Virus record (IMG/VR): IMGVR_UViG_2663763227_000016
DNA from: a virus
Taxonomy: Duplodnaviria > Heunggongvirae > Uroviricota > Caudoviricetes
DNA: 23,508 nt
Reading direction: 5' to 3' (one strand)
The position numbers and the translations under genes are program-made. The notes under the pieces are model-generated. The model saw nothing but the letters and a program-made list of their open reading frames with translations. It did not search any database and was not told where the DNA came from. Shown here in pieces: positions 1-8,026 of this stretch (positions are counted from its first letter, which is position 1; each line of letters begins with the position of its first letter).

Positions 1-1131
1 TCAAATGACCAGTTTTTTCCATTCCTTACCGCGTGCGTCGTTGTAAATATCGGTCATTTTTTGATTCGAATGGCCTAGCAAAATTTTGGTATCAACCCCC
101 TGCTCTCTGAACAATCGCTCTGATAAAGATCTCTGCTCATGGAAAGAGGGAGGGGTGCCATTAGCACGCCAGTTGTAATCCACAGAATCCCGGGCTTTTT
201 TAAATGCAACGGTTAATGTTGCTGGCTTAACCATCCCGCCGCGCTTAGCTGTCCCTTTCGCGTGATGGTGGTGCAATAGCCACGGACTAAGAACGCAATC
301 GCGGCAGGATGACACCACATCATCTAGGGTGAGATTTAATTTATCGCAACGCAGAGCCAGAGGGATGGCAATCCGGGTTCCTGTTTTTTGCTGTTCGACA
401 TGAAGATAACCATCCCGGATATCCGAAAATTGCATTTTGCAAATATCTGAAAGGCGCTGGCCTGTCATCAGTGCCAGCAGCATACCGCGCTGTAAAAAGT
501 AACCATCCTTTTCCGCTGCGTTATAAATCATCATCCACTCATCAAAAGTCAGTCGCTGTCTTGATATCCGCACCTGCGGTTTTTTTGCCGATTCTGCAGG
601 GTTAAAGCCTGGCGGGACATCGCCCGTTTGCTGAGCTTCCCGGAAAACATCGATCAGTACTTTCCTGAAAATTTGTCCCATTCTGTTATGTCCTCTGGCC
701 TTGTACTCTTCCAGTACTGATACCACATCTTTTACGGTTATGGCATCTAACGGTCTGGTGCCAAAACGTTCATCAAATACCCTGAGAGGGGCCGCTTTCT
801 GTTTCAGCGTGTTGAGTTTGATCTCGCCGTTTTCATATCTTTCCTGTTGAATTTTTCTGTAATTATTCAGAAAAATGGTAACGGTTGATGAACCGCCGGT
901 ATCACTAATAATTTTCTCCTGCAGACTGAGCATTTGTTCCATTTGCTGCCGGGCAAGACGGCTGTTCGCTTCTGCTGCAATAGTTTCTGCCAGTTTCTGG
1001 TCAATACTGCCGAGACCGTGATTTTTGCCTGTTATGGGATGCCTGTAACGCCAGTAAACTTTGTTATTTCTTTTGTCAAAATACGGAGATAATCCCGGAA
1101 CATCGGTTTTATATTTTCGCGGGCGCGCCAT
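1..1131 (-). CDS. int: Phage integrase, tyrosine recombinase (complete; stop codon at 1-3)
   Basis: 376-aa ORF on the minus strand. Its C-terminus (HEQRSLSERLF...LLGHSNQKMTDIYNDARGKEWKKLVI) closely matches the lambda Int catalytic region as I recall it, including the tyrosine-containing motif. An overlapping Xis-like gene lies immediately upstream, as in lambdoid int-xis modules. Confidence 0.88.
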   Translation of the reverse strand: MARPRKYKTDVPGLSPYFDKRNNKVYWRYRHPITGKNHGLGSIDQKLAETIAAEANSRLARQQMEQMLSLQEKIISDTGGSSTVTIFLNNYRKIQQERYENGEIKLNTLKQKAAPLRVFDERFGTRPLDAITVKDVVSVLEEYKARGHNRMGQIFRKVLIDVFREAQQTGDVPPGFNPAESAKKPQVRISRQRLTFDEWMMIYNAAEKDGYFLQRGMLLALMTGQRLSDICKMQFSDIRDGYLHVEQQKTGTRIAIPLALRCDKLNLTLDDVVSSCRDCVLSPWLLHHHHAKGTAKRGGMVKPATLTVAFKKARDSVDYNWRANGTPPSFHEQRSLSERLFREQGVDTKILLGHSNQKMTDIYNDARGKEWKKLVI

Positions 1132-1357
1132 CTTCCAGTATCCTCTTCAAAGCAGGGTGATCTGTGGCGATCACCTCCGGCTTGTTTACCATTCCGACAA
1201 AGCGAGCTTGCGGATCCACTCGCCAGCGTCTTCCAACTTTTTTGGGGAGAGGAAATATCATTCCGGCTTTAGCGTATTTACTTAACGTACTCGGAGTAGG
1301 GACCGGTTCACTGAATTCCTCTTTTGCCCACTCAGTGAGCAGAATAAGTCTTGCCAT
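1109..1357 (-). CDS. xis: Excisionase-like protein (Xis)
   Basis: 82-aa basic ORF whose 3' end overlaps the int start by 23 nt, the classic int-xis arrangement. The ribosome-binding site is weak and the call rests on position and size, not on a recognised motif. Confidence 0.5.
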   Translation of the reverse strand: MARLILLTEWAKEEFSEPVPTPSTLSKYAKAGMIFPLPKKVGRRWRVDPQARFVGMVNKPEVIATDHPALKRILEDGAPAKI

Positions 1358-1421
1358 GAGCGTCGTTCGCTAATCATGGTCGCCGCCACTATAGCTGGTG
1401 GGCAACGACCGGGGTTGAACA

Positions 1422-3893
1422 TTAAAAATCAGCCTGATTCGGGATCAGTTTTTGCCAGATAGCTGAAACGTATTTTGCCTGGTAACGGGCATCATCCAGC
1501 GCATTGTGGCGCTCACCTTCGAATGGGATAGCAGTTCTGGCATCGAAGTCTACGGCTTTCCCCAGCTCAACGATTGTGCGTACATCGCGATCGTTGCAGT
1601 AGCGCCACGGGCAGGGGATACCCTGTCGTTCGTATGAACGGCGCAAAATCGTGTTGTCGAAGTTGGCCCCATTACCCCAGACCTGAACAAAAAACTCACC
1701 GGAGTTTTCGTCGATAAATTCCCGCAATTGCAGTAGTGCATCATCTAACGGGATTTCATCGGTCATAATGGCAGACTGCGCTTCACGTGATTGCTTCAGC
1801 CACCATTTAATGACGTCACGATCAATGACTCCGCCAGCAGTATCCAGATCGATGGTCTTGCTAAATTCTGGTCCCATATCTCCGGTTTGCGGATCGAAAA
1901 ATATTGCGCCTATTGAGATAATCGGGGCATCGGGATTTTTTCCCATGGTTTCAAGGTCGATCATCAGATGAATCCCCGCTCTGCTGGTGGATGTGAGATT
2001 ATGATGACTGTTCGCCTTAATTAAGGGATCTGACGCCTCGCCAGTTTCACTATCGCTGGCATGATGCTGATTGCCGCCAGTGTTCTCCTTGTGCTGATGT
2101 GCAGTACCTTCCATTTCCTCCGGATCATTTTCCTGAACTTCAGGCTGATTCTCTTCATCGAATATTTCCTGGTATGTTGCGTCGCCCATCACCGCGCCAC
2201 AATCAGGGCAGTTGCCGCCGCCGGTCTGACCGCAGGCGGTGCAGACTTTTTCCGGTTCCTGTTGCGCCACTGGTTCAGGCTGTTTCGTTTCTGGCTCGTT
2301 TTGTAACGCATTTGGGCTGTTTTGTTCCGCTTTCTGGTCGTTCTGTTCCGTTTCTTGCTGGTTCTGGTTCACAGAATCGCGGGTTTCAATCCCCTTCACC
2401 CATTTCGGATCATTCGGGTCGCTAATCCCTGCAACAAATTCACCACGTGATGCGGCGAGCAACTGATTGGCGTCAGGCTGGCTGATATTGGCTGCCTGCA
2501 TAATTTTCTTTACTTCGTCAGCGGTAACTTTTACCGGTTCTGGTTGTTCAGAATTTTGTGCGGTATTTGCATTTTGCGGTAAGCCTGTGTATGTGCCATT
2601 TTTTCGGGCAAAATATTCTTCTTTTGTGATTTCAGTAGCCCCGGCAGCCAGCGCCTTATCCAGACCAGAAAGTTTGTTTGCGCGACCGTATTTTTCGCAA
2701 TCCTTGTCGGTGAAGAAGAAGTAGAACGGCCCCTCACGCTCTACAGATGGTTCGACTTCCACTTTGCATTCGGTTTTTTCGTTGTCCGGAATTGCCGTTT
2801 CCACTGCATCAGTTTCTGGTACTGGCGACGAGAGAGTGTCAGTTGCGCTCTGATTTGTTCCTTCATCTTCAAACACGCCCTTTGTAGTCAGGTATTCAGT
2901 AATGTATTTGTTCAGTGCCACAGGGTCTTTGTGAATGTCGATCGGACGTTCACGGACAAGGCCAAAAATAGTCTGGCGGTCGTAGCGAAGGGCATCAGGC
3001 TGTTTGCGCATTGATGCCGAGATACGCTTCCAGTCTTCGCGGTCGTTGTCGATAACTTCATTTTTTGCCCAGCGATGGATGCTGCCGTCAATGTTTCCGG
3101 CATCCACATCACCAGGCCAGAGAGCGTAGGCCAGTTCGTCATCCAGTGTTTTCCATGTCTGCTTATATTCGCGACGAATGACTGCAGTGACAGGGGGGAT
3201 TTTTTCTGCTGAGTTTTCAGTGTGCTGTCGGTGGACTCTGGCGCGGGCGAGATCAACAACAGACGTGTATTTTCCGGTTTCCTTGCGTTCACCTTCGCGA
3301 CGTTTTTTCCAGATGCGCATCTCTGCCTGAATTTCGGGCCATTTGGCACCAGGCTTACATTTATGCTTAACCCACCCGATGGCATGCAGCTTAAGCTCCG
3401 GATACATGGCGTTAACTTCTGGCATTTTCATCAACGCTTCAACGATATGTCCGTCGAATGTTGCCATGTCTTCCTGCAACAATTCCTGCGCGCTAATCAC
3501 CATATCAACGGTGATGTTTTCACATGTGTCGAACTTAACCATGACAGCGTTCTGTACTTCAGGGGCCAGCTTGTCAAAAGCGACGTTCATCGGATCTGAT
3601 TCAGTCTCAACCGGGACAAAGGAAGTAGCCCCCTCATCCCAGCGGTTTTCCTGCATATATTCAGCATCCCATGAATCGAGGGCAGGGCGGGGTATACCGG
3701 GTTTATCCTCGCAAACAAGAAATTTATAAGCGCAGTCCTGAGCAGCCGGATAATGCTCCAGGAATTGCCAGTGAAATTTTGCGCGGGCGCGACGTTCATC
3801 ACCGGCTTCAATGGCAGTGGCTACAGCGACTGCACCTTCTTCCTTTATTGCCTGTTCGTCCGGAATGGCGGCGCAAATAAAGACTTTACTCAT
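1422..3893 (-). CDS. Large phage exonuclease with a C-terminal DnaQ-like (DEDDh) 3'-5' exonuclease domain
   Basis: 823-aa ORF with GAGG ribosome-binding site 9 nt upstream of the ATG at 3893. The C-terminal third carries Exo I/II/III-like motifs (MIDLETMG, WGNGANFDNTIL, HNALDDARYQAKY). A central acidic Q/E/N/P-rich linker contains a CxxC...CxxC element. K-12 ydfE is probably an N-terminal fragment of this family. Confidence 0.75.
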   Translation of the reverse strand: MSKVFICAAIPDEQAIKEEGAVAVATAIEAGDERRARAKFHWQFLEHYPAAQDCAYKFLVCEDKPGIPRPALDSWDAEYMQENRWDEGATSFVPVETESDPMNVAFDKLAPEVQNAVMVKFDTCENITVDMVISAQELLQEDMATFDGHIVEALMKMPEVNAMYPELKLHAIGWVKHKCKPGAKWPEIQAEMRIWKKRREGERKETGKYTSVVDLARARVHRQHTENSAEKIPPVTAVIRREYKQTWKTLDDELAYALWPGDVDAGNIDGSIHRWAKNEVIDNDREDWKRISASMRKQPDALRYDRQTIFGLVRERPIDIHKDPVALNKYITEYLTTKGVFEDEGTNQSATDTLSSPVPETDAVETAIPDNEKTECKVEVEPSVEREGPFYFFFTDKDCEKYGRANKLSGLDKALAAGATEITKEEYFARKNGTYTGLPQNANTAQNSEQPEPVKVTADEVKKIMQAANISQPDANQLLAASRGEFVAGISDPNDPKWVKGIETRDSVNQNQQETEQNDQKAEQNSPNALQNEPETKQPEPVAQQEPEKVCTACGQTGGGNCPDCGAVMGDATYQEIFDEENQPEVQENDPEEMEGTAHQHKENTGGNQHHASDSETGEASDPLIKANSHHNLTSTSRAGIHLMIDLETMGKNPDAPIISIGAIFFDPQTGDMGPEFSKTIDLDTAGGVIDRDVIKWWLKQSREAQSAIMTDEIPLDDALLQLREFIDENSGEFFVQVWGNGANFDNTILRRSYERQGIPCPWRYCNDRDVRTIVELGKAVDFDARTAIPFEGERHNALDDARYQAKYVSAIWQKLIPNQADF

Positions 3894-3985
3894 TTTGTTT
3901 TACCTCATTACAGATTTAAGGGTGAACAAATCCCTGCCATTGCTGGCATATAAGAATGAAATCGGATGTTTATTACGGAACTGTT

Positions 3986-4177
3986 TTAAAGACCTGCCGG
4001 GATTTCGCTATTATCCTGGTGAATAACTTTATCGACAGGGTAACAGTTACCGGGAATTTTCTGTTCGGTTGCTGCAGTCACACACTCCTGCATTGTCCTG
4101 TGAACACTGACTGCAATATCAACTGGCTCTCCGGAAACAAGAAAAACTGTCAGAACAAGTGCAAATGCTGTATTCAT
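3986..4177 (-). CDS. ydfD: YdfD-like small membrane protein (reported prophage lysis protein)
   Basis: 63-aa ORF (MNTAFALVLTVFLVSGEP...) with a hydrophobic N-terminus. Its ATG overlaps the dicB stop in an ATGA junction (4174-4177), indicating translational coupling. Gene order matches dicB-ydfD of the K-12 Qin prophage. Confidence 0.65.
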   Translation of the reverse strand: MNTAFALVLTVFLVSGEPVDIAVSVHRTMQECVTAATEQKIPGNCYPVDKVIHQDNSEIPAGL

Positions 4178-4362
4178 TGCCAGCATCCTTTTTGTATCGG
4201 TCGTAAACGGGCCAGCATTGAAAGAATGCATATTTTATTTAATAACTCCCGTTCGTGTTTTCTCTTGTTAATGGCATCTTCAGTAAATACAGGGTTACTG
4301 ATAGTGACACCAATTTCAAAACAACCTTCAGACGTATTAACGTTTGGTAATAACGTTTCCAT
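4174..4362 (-). CDS. dicB: Cell division inhibitor DicB
   Basis: 62-aa ORF METLLPNVNTSEGCFEIGVTISNPVFTEDAINKRKHERELLNKICILSMLARLRPIQKGCWQ, which I recognise as DicB. GAGGA lies 7 nt upstream of the ATG at 4362, and the gene sits directly downstream of the DicF sequence. Confidence 0.85.
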   Translation of the reverse strand: METLLPNVNTSEGCFEIGVTISNPVFTEDAINKRKHERELLNKICILSMLARLRPIQKGCWQ

Positions 4363-4528
4363 TATCGCGTCCTCAACAATGAATTTTGTGATGCGGTGCC
4401 TGGTGCCTCCAGGTGACGTTAACCAGTTAACAATTAACGCCGGATACAGAGAATCCACCCATAACACTGTTTTTGGTTTTAACTGTTCCGCGTGCGCTTA
4501 GCCGCATTCACTGCATCACAAAATTCAC

Positions 4529-4586
4529 TTTAAAAAGGGTGGCAGAGCAGTCACGGAGTAGAACTGATGCCACCAAAGACTACACA
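4529..4586 (-). ncRNA. dicF: DicF small regulatory RNA (ftsZ-targeting), processed from the operon transcript
   Basis: The minus strand reads ...GTAGTCTTTGGTGGCATCAGTTCTACTCCGTGACTGCTCTGCCACCCTTTTTAAAG, nearly identical to my recollection of K-12 DicF. It has the long-range stem GGTGGCA/TGCCACC followed by a U-run. Ends are approximate (+/-5 nt). Confidence 0.8.
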
Positions 4587-4911
4587 TGGATATTGTGGCG
4601 GGGCTGTCACTTAAGCGTATGGTCAGCCTGACAACCCGGTGTCCTCAAGGGGAAGGAATAACCCCGCCATACTTACCGCCGCGCCATTTCGCGGATTGCC
4701 ACAACCGGAAGCGCACGGTCGAATTAAATTTAACGACAAAGTACAGAGAGACGAGCTTCTCCGTGTGCTTTCGCGTTATGCTCTGACTTTTCAGAGAAAT
4801 ATCCTTTCAGTAAACTGTCAGTGCCGGATGTTCACCCGTGTCCGGCGCACGCACTCCACTTCACCCGTGGAGAACTCCTTAATTACCAACCTTAGCTTCG
4901 TTGGTTAGCTA

Positions 4912-5130
4912 TTAACGCGGGTATGTAATCATTCTGGCAATGCTTAATGCCGCTGCTTTTTCCAGATTGGTGATATCCTGCTCCAGAGCGGACAGATTTT
5001 CAGCCTGCTTAGCCCTGGCTTCATTGGCCCATTTCAGATCCTGCGCTGCATTAATTTTCTGGCGCATCCACTCATAAAGTTCATCATCGGTATAGTCTGG
5101 CGCGATGATGACGGGTTCTCGTTTCTGCAT
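4912..5130 (-). CDS. YdfC-like hypothetical protein (first clear gene of the dicB-type operon)
   Basis: 72-aa ORF with a strong AGGAG ribosome-binding site 5 nt upstream of the ATG at 5130. Length and position match ydfC of Qin; identity is from position only. Confidence 0.6.
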   Translation of the reverse strand: MQKREPVIIAPDYTDDELYEWMRQKINAAQDLKWANEARAKQAENLSALEQDITNLEKAAALSIARMITYPR

Positions 5131-5201
5131 GTCGGCTCCTTGTGGTTAGCGTTGCCTGCTTTTAACCACGTCAGGCGAGGTGGTATCCTCTGAGGGGTCT
5201 G

Positions 5202-5558
5202 TTACTCGAGAGGAAATTGGTTATGAGTACAATCAAGTTTTCTTGCCCAGAATGTGGTGGCGAAGTCTTTGACACATCCTTTAAGCCGCAGGGCTCTGAC
5301 AGTTTCGCGGGAGCCATCTGCAAAAATTGTGGTCACCTTGTAACTGAAGATGAGTCCTCGCAGTTCGATGACGAAATCGTTGACAATATCTTCGGTGCAC
5401 TCACCAGAGACTTTCTGAAGTAAAGGCGCATACCGCTTAGTTACCGCTCTGATAATTCTTACCTGTCCGGCAATGGCGCTGATGTCAATATAAAGCGCCA
5501 TTGCTGCTTCTTTGCCGATCCCGGGATGCCTTCCATTCTGATGTTTGACTTCGCCCAC
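5202..5558 (-). CDS. Hypothetical protein, possibly the ydfA/ydfB-equivalent of the dicB-type operon (alternative to the plus-strand zinc-ribbon ORF)
   Basis: 118-aa ORF starting at GTG 5558 with GAGGA 7 nt upstream, in the operon orientation. It sits in the codon-aligned antisense frame of a plausible plus-strand gene, which often stays open artefactually. Confidence 0.3.
   Translation of the reverse strand: MGEVKHQNGRHPGIGKEAAMALYIDISAIAGQVRIIRAVTKRYAPLLQKVSGECTEDIVNDFVIELRGLIFSYKVTTIFADGSRETVRALRLKGCVKDFATTFWARKLDCTHNQFPLE
5223..5423 (+). CDS. Putative small zinc-ribbon protein (CPECGG-x18-CKNCG), antisense to the early left operon
   Basis: 66-aa ORF with GAGAGGAA 7 nt upstream of the ATG, paired CxxC motifs, an acidic C-terminus and ordinary E. 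coli codon choice. It conflicts with the in-register minus-strand ORF 5202-5558; only one of the two is likely real. Confidence 0.4.
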   Translation: MSTIKFSCPECGGEVFDTSFKPQGSDSFAGAICKNCGHLVTEDESSQFDDEIVDNIFGALTRDFLK

Positions 5559-5739
5559 TGAGAAATCCTCTGTTTCCCCTTAACGCCGGGGTAGCGGAAC
5601 AAAAACCTGCTGCATAGTTATTAAAGTTGAACCCTGCCGTCATGTTCTTACGCCTCGGGCTGGCTACTTAACCCCTGACCACTGCTTGGTAACTCGAAGT
5701 ATTGCCCTGCATTCTGTGGGGCGGGGTGGGTGGCAGGTA

Positions 5740-5790
5740 TATAATGTACTTTGCGTTCATTGTTGTAAAGTACTTTTAGTACATTTTGTG
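5740..5790. promoter_or_regulatory. Candidate repressor operator / early-left promoter region (ATGTACT and inverted AGTACAT motifs)
   Basis: ATGTACT at 5744-5750 and its reverse complement at 5779-5785 within AAAGTACTTTTAGTACATTT, overlapping a TATATAAT box. The same 7-mer recurs twice in the repressor/cro intergenic region. Confidence 0.4.
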
Positions 5791-5859
5791 TGTAAAAAAA
5801 TGAGATGGGATAAAGTGAAGCACAAACCCGGAGGAAGGCGCTACCGGATTTATGCTGGT

Positions 5860-6279
5860 TTAAGAGGCTTTTTGTTTTTTCTTTCGTGCTAACTCTTCGT
5901 AAATTGCATTGTACTTCTGTTTTTTCTCTTCAAGAGTTTTTAAAAGTTCATCTGTCTCACTGTCAGGGAGCTCGTCCAGAAGGTCAATGATGATTTTTTG
6001 TCTTGGATTTAACTCCTGATAGAAACGTACCTGTCCACTTTCTTCTGTATCCTCTCCCAAAAGATAGGTTGGTGTTGTTCCTATTAGTGTTGCTAATTCC
6101 CTTAATTTCTCCCGGCGAGGAATTGTTTCGCCATTAAACCATTTGCTAACCGCTTTTGGTGTTAATTTCATTCGACGGGCAATTTCTGCCTGCCTTCCAT
6201 GTTGTTCATAACCAGCGTTTTCACAGGCTAGCGCAAGCCTACTGGCGAACTCTTTACGCGCTTTATCTTCATGAACCAT
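5860..6279 (-). CDS. Prophage repressor, XRE-family HTH (DicA/RacR-like, CI analogue)
   Basis: 139-aa ORF with an N-terminal helix-turn-helix (QAEIARRMKLTPKAVSKWFNGETIP) and an acidic/coiled C-terminal domain (LLDELPDSETDELLKTLEEKK). It is divergent from a Cro-like gene across an 80-bp intergenic region containing repeated ATGTACT motifs. Confidence 0.8.
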   Translation of the reverse strand: MVHEDKARKEFASRLALACENAGYEQHGRQAEIARRMKLTPKAVSKWFNGETIPRREKLRELATLIGTTPTYLLGEDTEESGQVRFYQELNPRQKIIIDLLDELPDSETDELLKTLEEKKQKYNAIYEELARKKKQKAS

Positions 6280-6358
6280 AAGTTCAATGATATTCGCTCT
6301 TGAATGTACTGTCAGTTCTGTTATAGCATGTACTCAAAGTTCACATTGTGAGGGTGAT
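6280..6358. promoter_or_regulatory. Divergent promoter/operator region between the repressor and the Cro-like gene
   Basis: 80-bp intergenic region carrying two direct copies of ATGTACT (6304-6310 and 6328-6334). Confidence 0.45.
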
Positions 6359-6613
6359 ATGAACCAGAAAACACTTGAAGATGTAATCAAAACTGTTCGC
6401 GTTGCTGTTGTGGCCGACGTTTGTGGTGTCAGCCAAAGAGCAATCTATAAATGGATGGATAACGGAAAATTGCCTCGCACAGAATATACCGGCGAAACAA
6501 ATTACGCTGAAAAAATCGCTCTTGCATCAAACGGATTATTTTCTGCCGATGCAATTTTAACTATTGGCAGGAATAAAACTACTACGAAAAAGCTGATGGG
6601 AGTTGATTCATGA
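6359..6613 (+). CDS. Cro-like HTH regulator (YdaS/DicC-like)
   Basis: 84-aa ORF MNQKTLEDVIKTVRVAVVADVCGVSQRAIYKWMDNGKLP..., with GAGGG 5 nt upstream of the ATG. It is divergent from the repressor, and its stop overlaps the next ATG (ATGA at 6610-6613). Confidence 0.7.
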   Translation: MNQKTLEDVIKTVRVAVVADVCGVSQRAIYKWMDNGKLPRTEYTGETNYAEKIALASNGLFSADAILTIGRNKTTTKKLMGVDS

Positions 6614-7035
6614 AAATCAAGCATGAACACATCCGCATGGCGATGAATGCCTGGGCGCATCCGGACGGCGAAAAAGTACCGGCTGCGAAAATTACCAAAG
6701 CGTATTTCGAGCTGGGAATGACGTTCCCGGAACTGTATGACGACAGCCATCCGGAAGCCCTGGCCCGTAATACCCAGAAAATTTTCCGTTGGCTGGATAA
6801 AGACACCCCTGATGCTGTTGAAAAAATGCAGGCTCTGTTACCGGCGATCGAAAAGGCGATGCCGCCTTTGCTGGTGGCCCGTATGCGCAGCCACAGTTCT
6901 GAATATTACCGTGAGATCGTCGAACGGAGGGATCGGCTGGTGAAGGATGTCGATGATTTTGTTGCGTCAGCGGTTGTTTTGTATGACCAGATGAATCGCG
7001 GCGGCCCGGCAGGGAATGCTGTGGTGATGCACTAA
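6610..7035 (+). CDS. YdaT-like protein (proposed CII functional analogue / toxic when overexpressed)
   Basis: 141-aa ORF beginning MKIKHEH, which I recall as the YdaT N-terminus. It is translationally coupled to the Cro-like gene; the order repressor / Cro-like / YdaT-like matches racR-ydaS-ydaT of Rac. Confidence 0.6.
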   Translation: MKIKHEHIRMAMNAWAHPDGEKVPAAKITKAYFELGMTFPELYDDSHPEALARNTQKIFRWLDKDTPDAVEKMQALLPAIEKAMPPLLVARMRSHSSEYYREIVERRDRLVKDVDDFVASAVVLYDQMNRGGPAGNAVVMH

Positions 7036-7057
7036 AAGCACGGTGTTCGGGGGGGTT

Positions 7058-8020
7058 ATGAGCAGCAAGCTTCATGGTCTTGTCTGGGAAGGGTGCGCCT
7101 TCACCGGCATGATCTTATCCAGGGTGGCGGTTATGGCCCGTCTTGCAGACTACAGCAATGACGAGGGCGTGTCATGGCCTGCCATTGAAACTATCCGGCG
7201 TCAGATCGGTGCAAGAAGTGAATCCACAGTGAAATCGGCTATTGCAGAACTGGCGAAAGAGGGCTGGCTGACGAAGGAAGAGCGTAAGGTCGGTGGGCGT
7301 AATGTAAGCAATATCTATCGGCTTAATGTGGAAAAACTCGAAGCAGCTGCGGCGGCGGCGCGTGAGTCATATAAACCGAAAAGAAAAATTAGCCCGGCAA
7401 AAAATGACCCGTTAACAGTTGACCCGTCAAATATTGACCCCTCAACGGTTGACCCGTCAAATTTTGATGGATCAACTGTTGATAAAAAACTGCCGATTAG
7501 GGGGGCGATGATTGACCCCGATCCGTCAGTATTAAAACCTGATCCGTCAGATAAAAGATCTTCTTGTCCGGACGCTTCGCAACCGGACCCGCAGACGGCT
7601 GAACAGGATTTTTTAACCCGACACCCTGACGCGGTTGTGTTCAGTGCGAAAAAACGCCAGTGGGGAAGTCAGGAAGATTTGGTGTGCGCACAGTGGATCT
7701 GGGGACGAATCGTGAGTCTTTACGAGCAGGCGGCCAGCTATGATGGCGAGATCACTAGACCGAAAGAACCCAACTGGACAGCATGGGCCAATGACGTTCG
7801 CACAATGCGGATGCTGGATGGCAGAACTCACAGACAAATTTGTGAAATGTTTGGGCGTCTCCAGCGGGATTCGTTCTGGGTAAAAAACATCATGAGTCCG
7901 GCAAAACTCCGGGAAAAATGGGATGAACTGGTTATCCGCCTGGGGCGTTCGCCTGCGCAGCGTTGCGTGAATCACATTTCTGAACCGGACACTGAAATAC
8001 CGCCGGGATTCAGGGGGTGA
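7058..8020 (+). CDS. Replication initiation protein (O-like / YdaU-like) containing the origin iterons
   Basis: ORF with an N-terminal winged-helix-like region and a central pentapeptide-repeat stretch (TVDPS NIDPS TVDPS NFDGS TVD) encoded by 15-bp direct repeats. It is followed by a DnaC-like loader. Start chosen at ATG 7058 after a G-run; the six-frame ORF track begins the ORF at 7043. Confidence 0.7.
   Translation: MSSKLHGLVWEGCAFTGMILSRVAVMARLADYSNDEGVSWPAIETIRRQIGARSESTVKSAIAELAKEGWLTKEERKVGGRNVSNIYRLNVEKLEAAAAAARESYKPKRKISPAKNDPLTVDPSNIDPSTVDPSNFDGSTVDKKLPIRGAMIDPDPSVLKPDPSDKRSSCPDASQPDPQTAEQDFLTRHPDAVVFSAKKRQWGSQEDLVCAQWIWGRIVSLYEQAASYDGEITRPKEPNWTAWANDVRTMRMLDGRTHRQICEMFGRLQRDSFWVKNIMSPAKLREKWDELVIRLGRSPAQRCVNHISEPDTEIPPGFRG
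7404..7490 (+). repeat. Replication origin iterons: about six tandem 15-bp units (TTGACCCGTCAAnnn), followed by GATC-containing repeats
   Basis: Direct repeats at 7404, 7419, 7434, 7449, 7464 and 7479, all inside the replication gene. GATCCGTCAG occurs twice further downstream (about 7517-7550). Confidence 0.65.
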
Positions 8021-8026
8021 CGTGTC

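Noticed and set aside
2061-3880. Many plus-strand ORFs of 60-180 aa (for example 2099-2425, 2912-3385 on minus in other frames, 3222-3729)
   Set aside because: They lie antisense to or out of frame within the 823-aa exonuclease gene, have low-complexity Ser/Cys/Phe-rich translations and no ribosome-binding sites. These are the usual artefacts opposite a long real gene.
5686-5892. Plus-strand 68-aa ORF downstream of the repressor gene
   Set aside because: It spans the presumed early-left promoter/operator region and the 3' end of the repressor gene, has no ribosome-binding site, and has an implausible Cys/Lys-rich translation.
6502-7075. Minus-strand ORFs 6502-6750, 6582-6806 and 6692-7075, and plus-strand 6737-6943
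   Set aside because: They overlap the translationally coupled Cro-like and YdaT-like genes in the opposite orientation or an alternative frame; the plus-strand genes have better start contexts and recognisable products.
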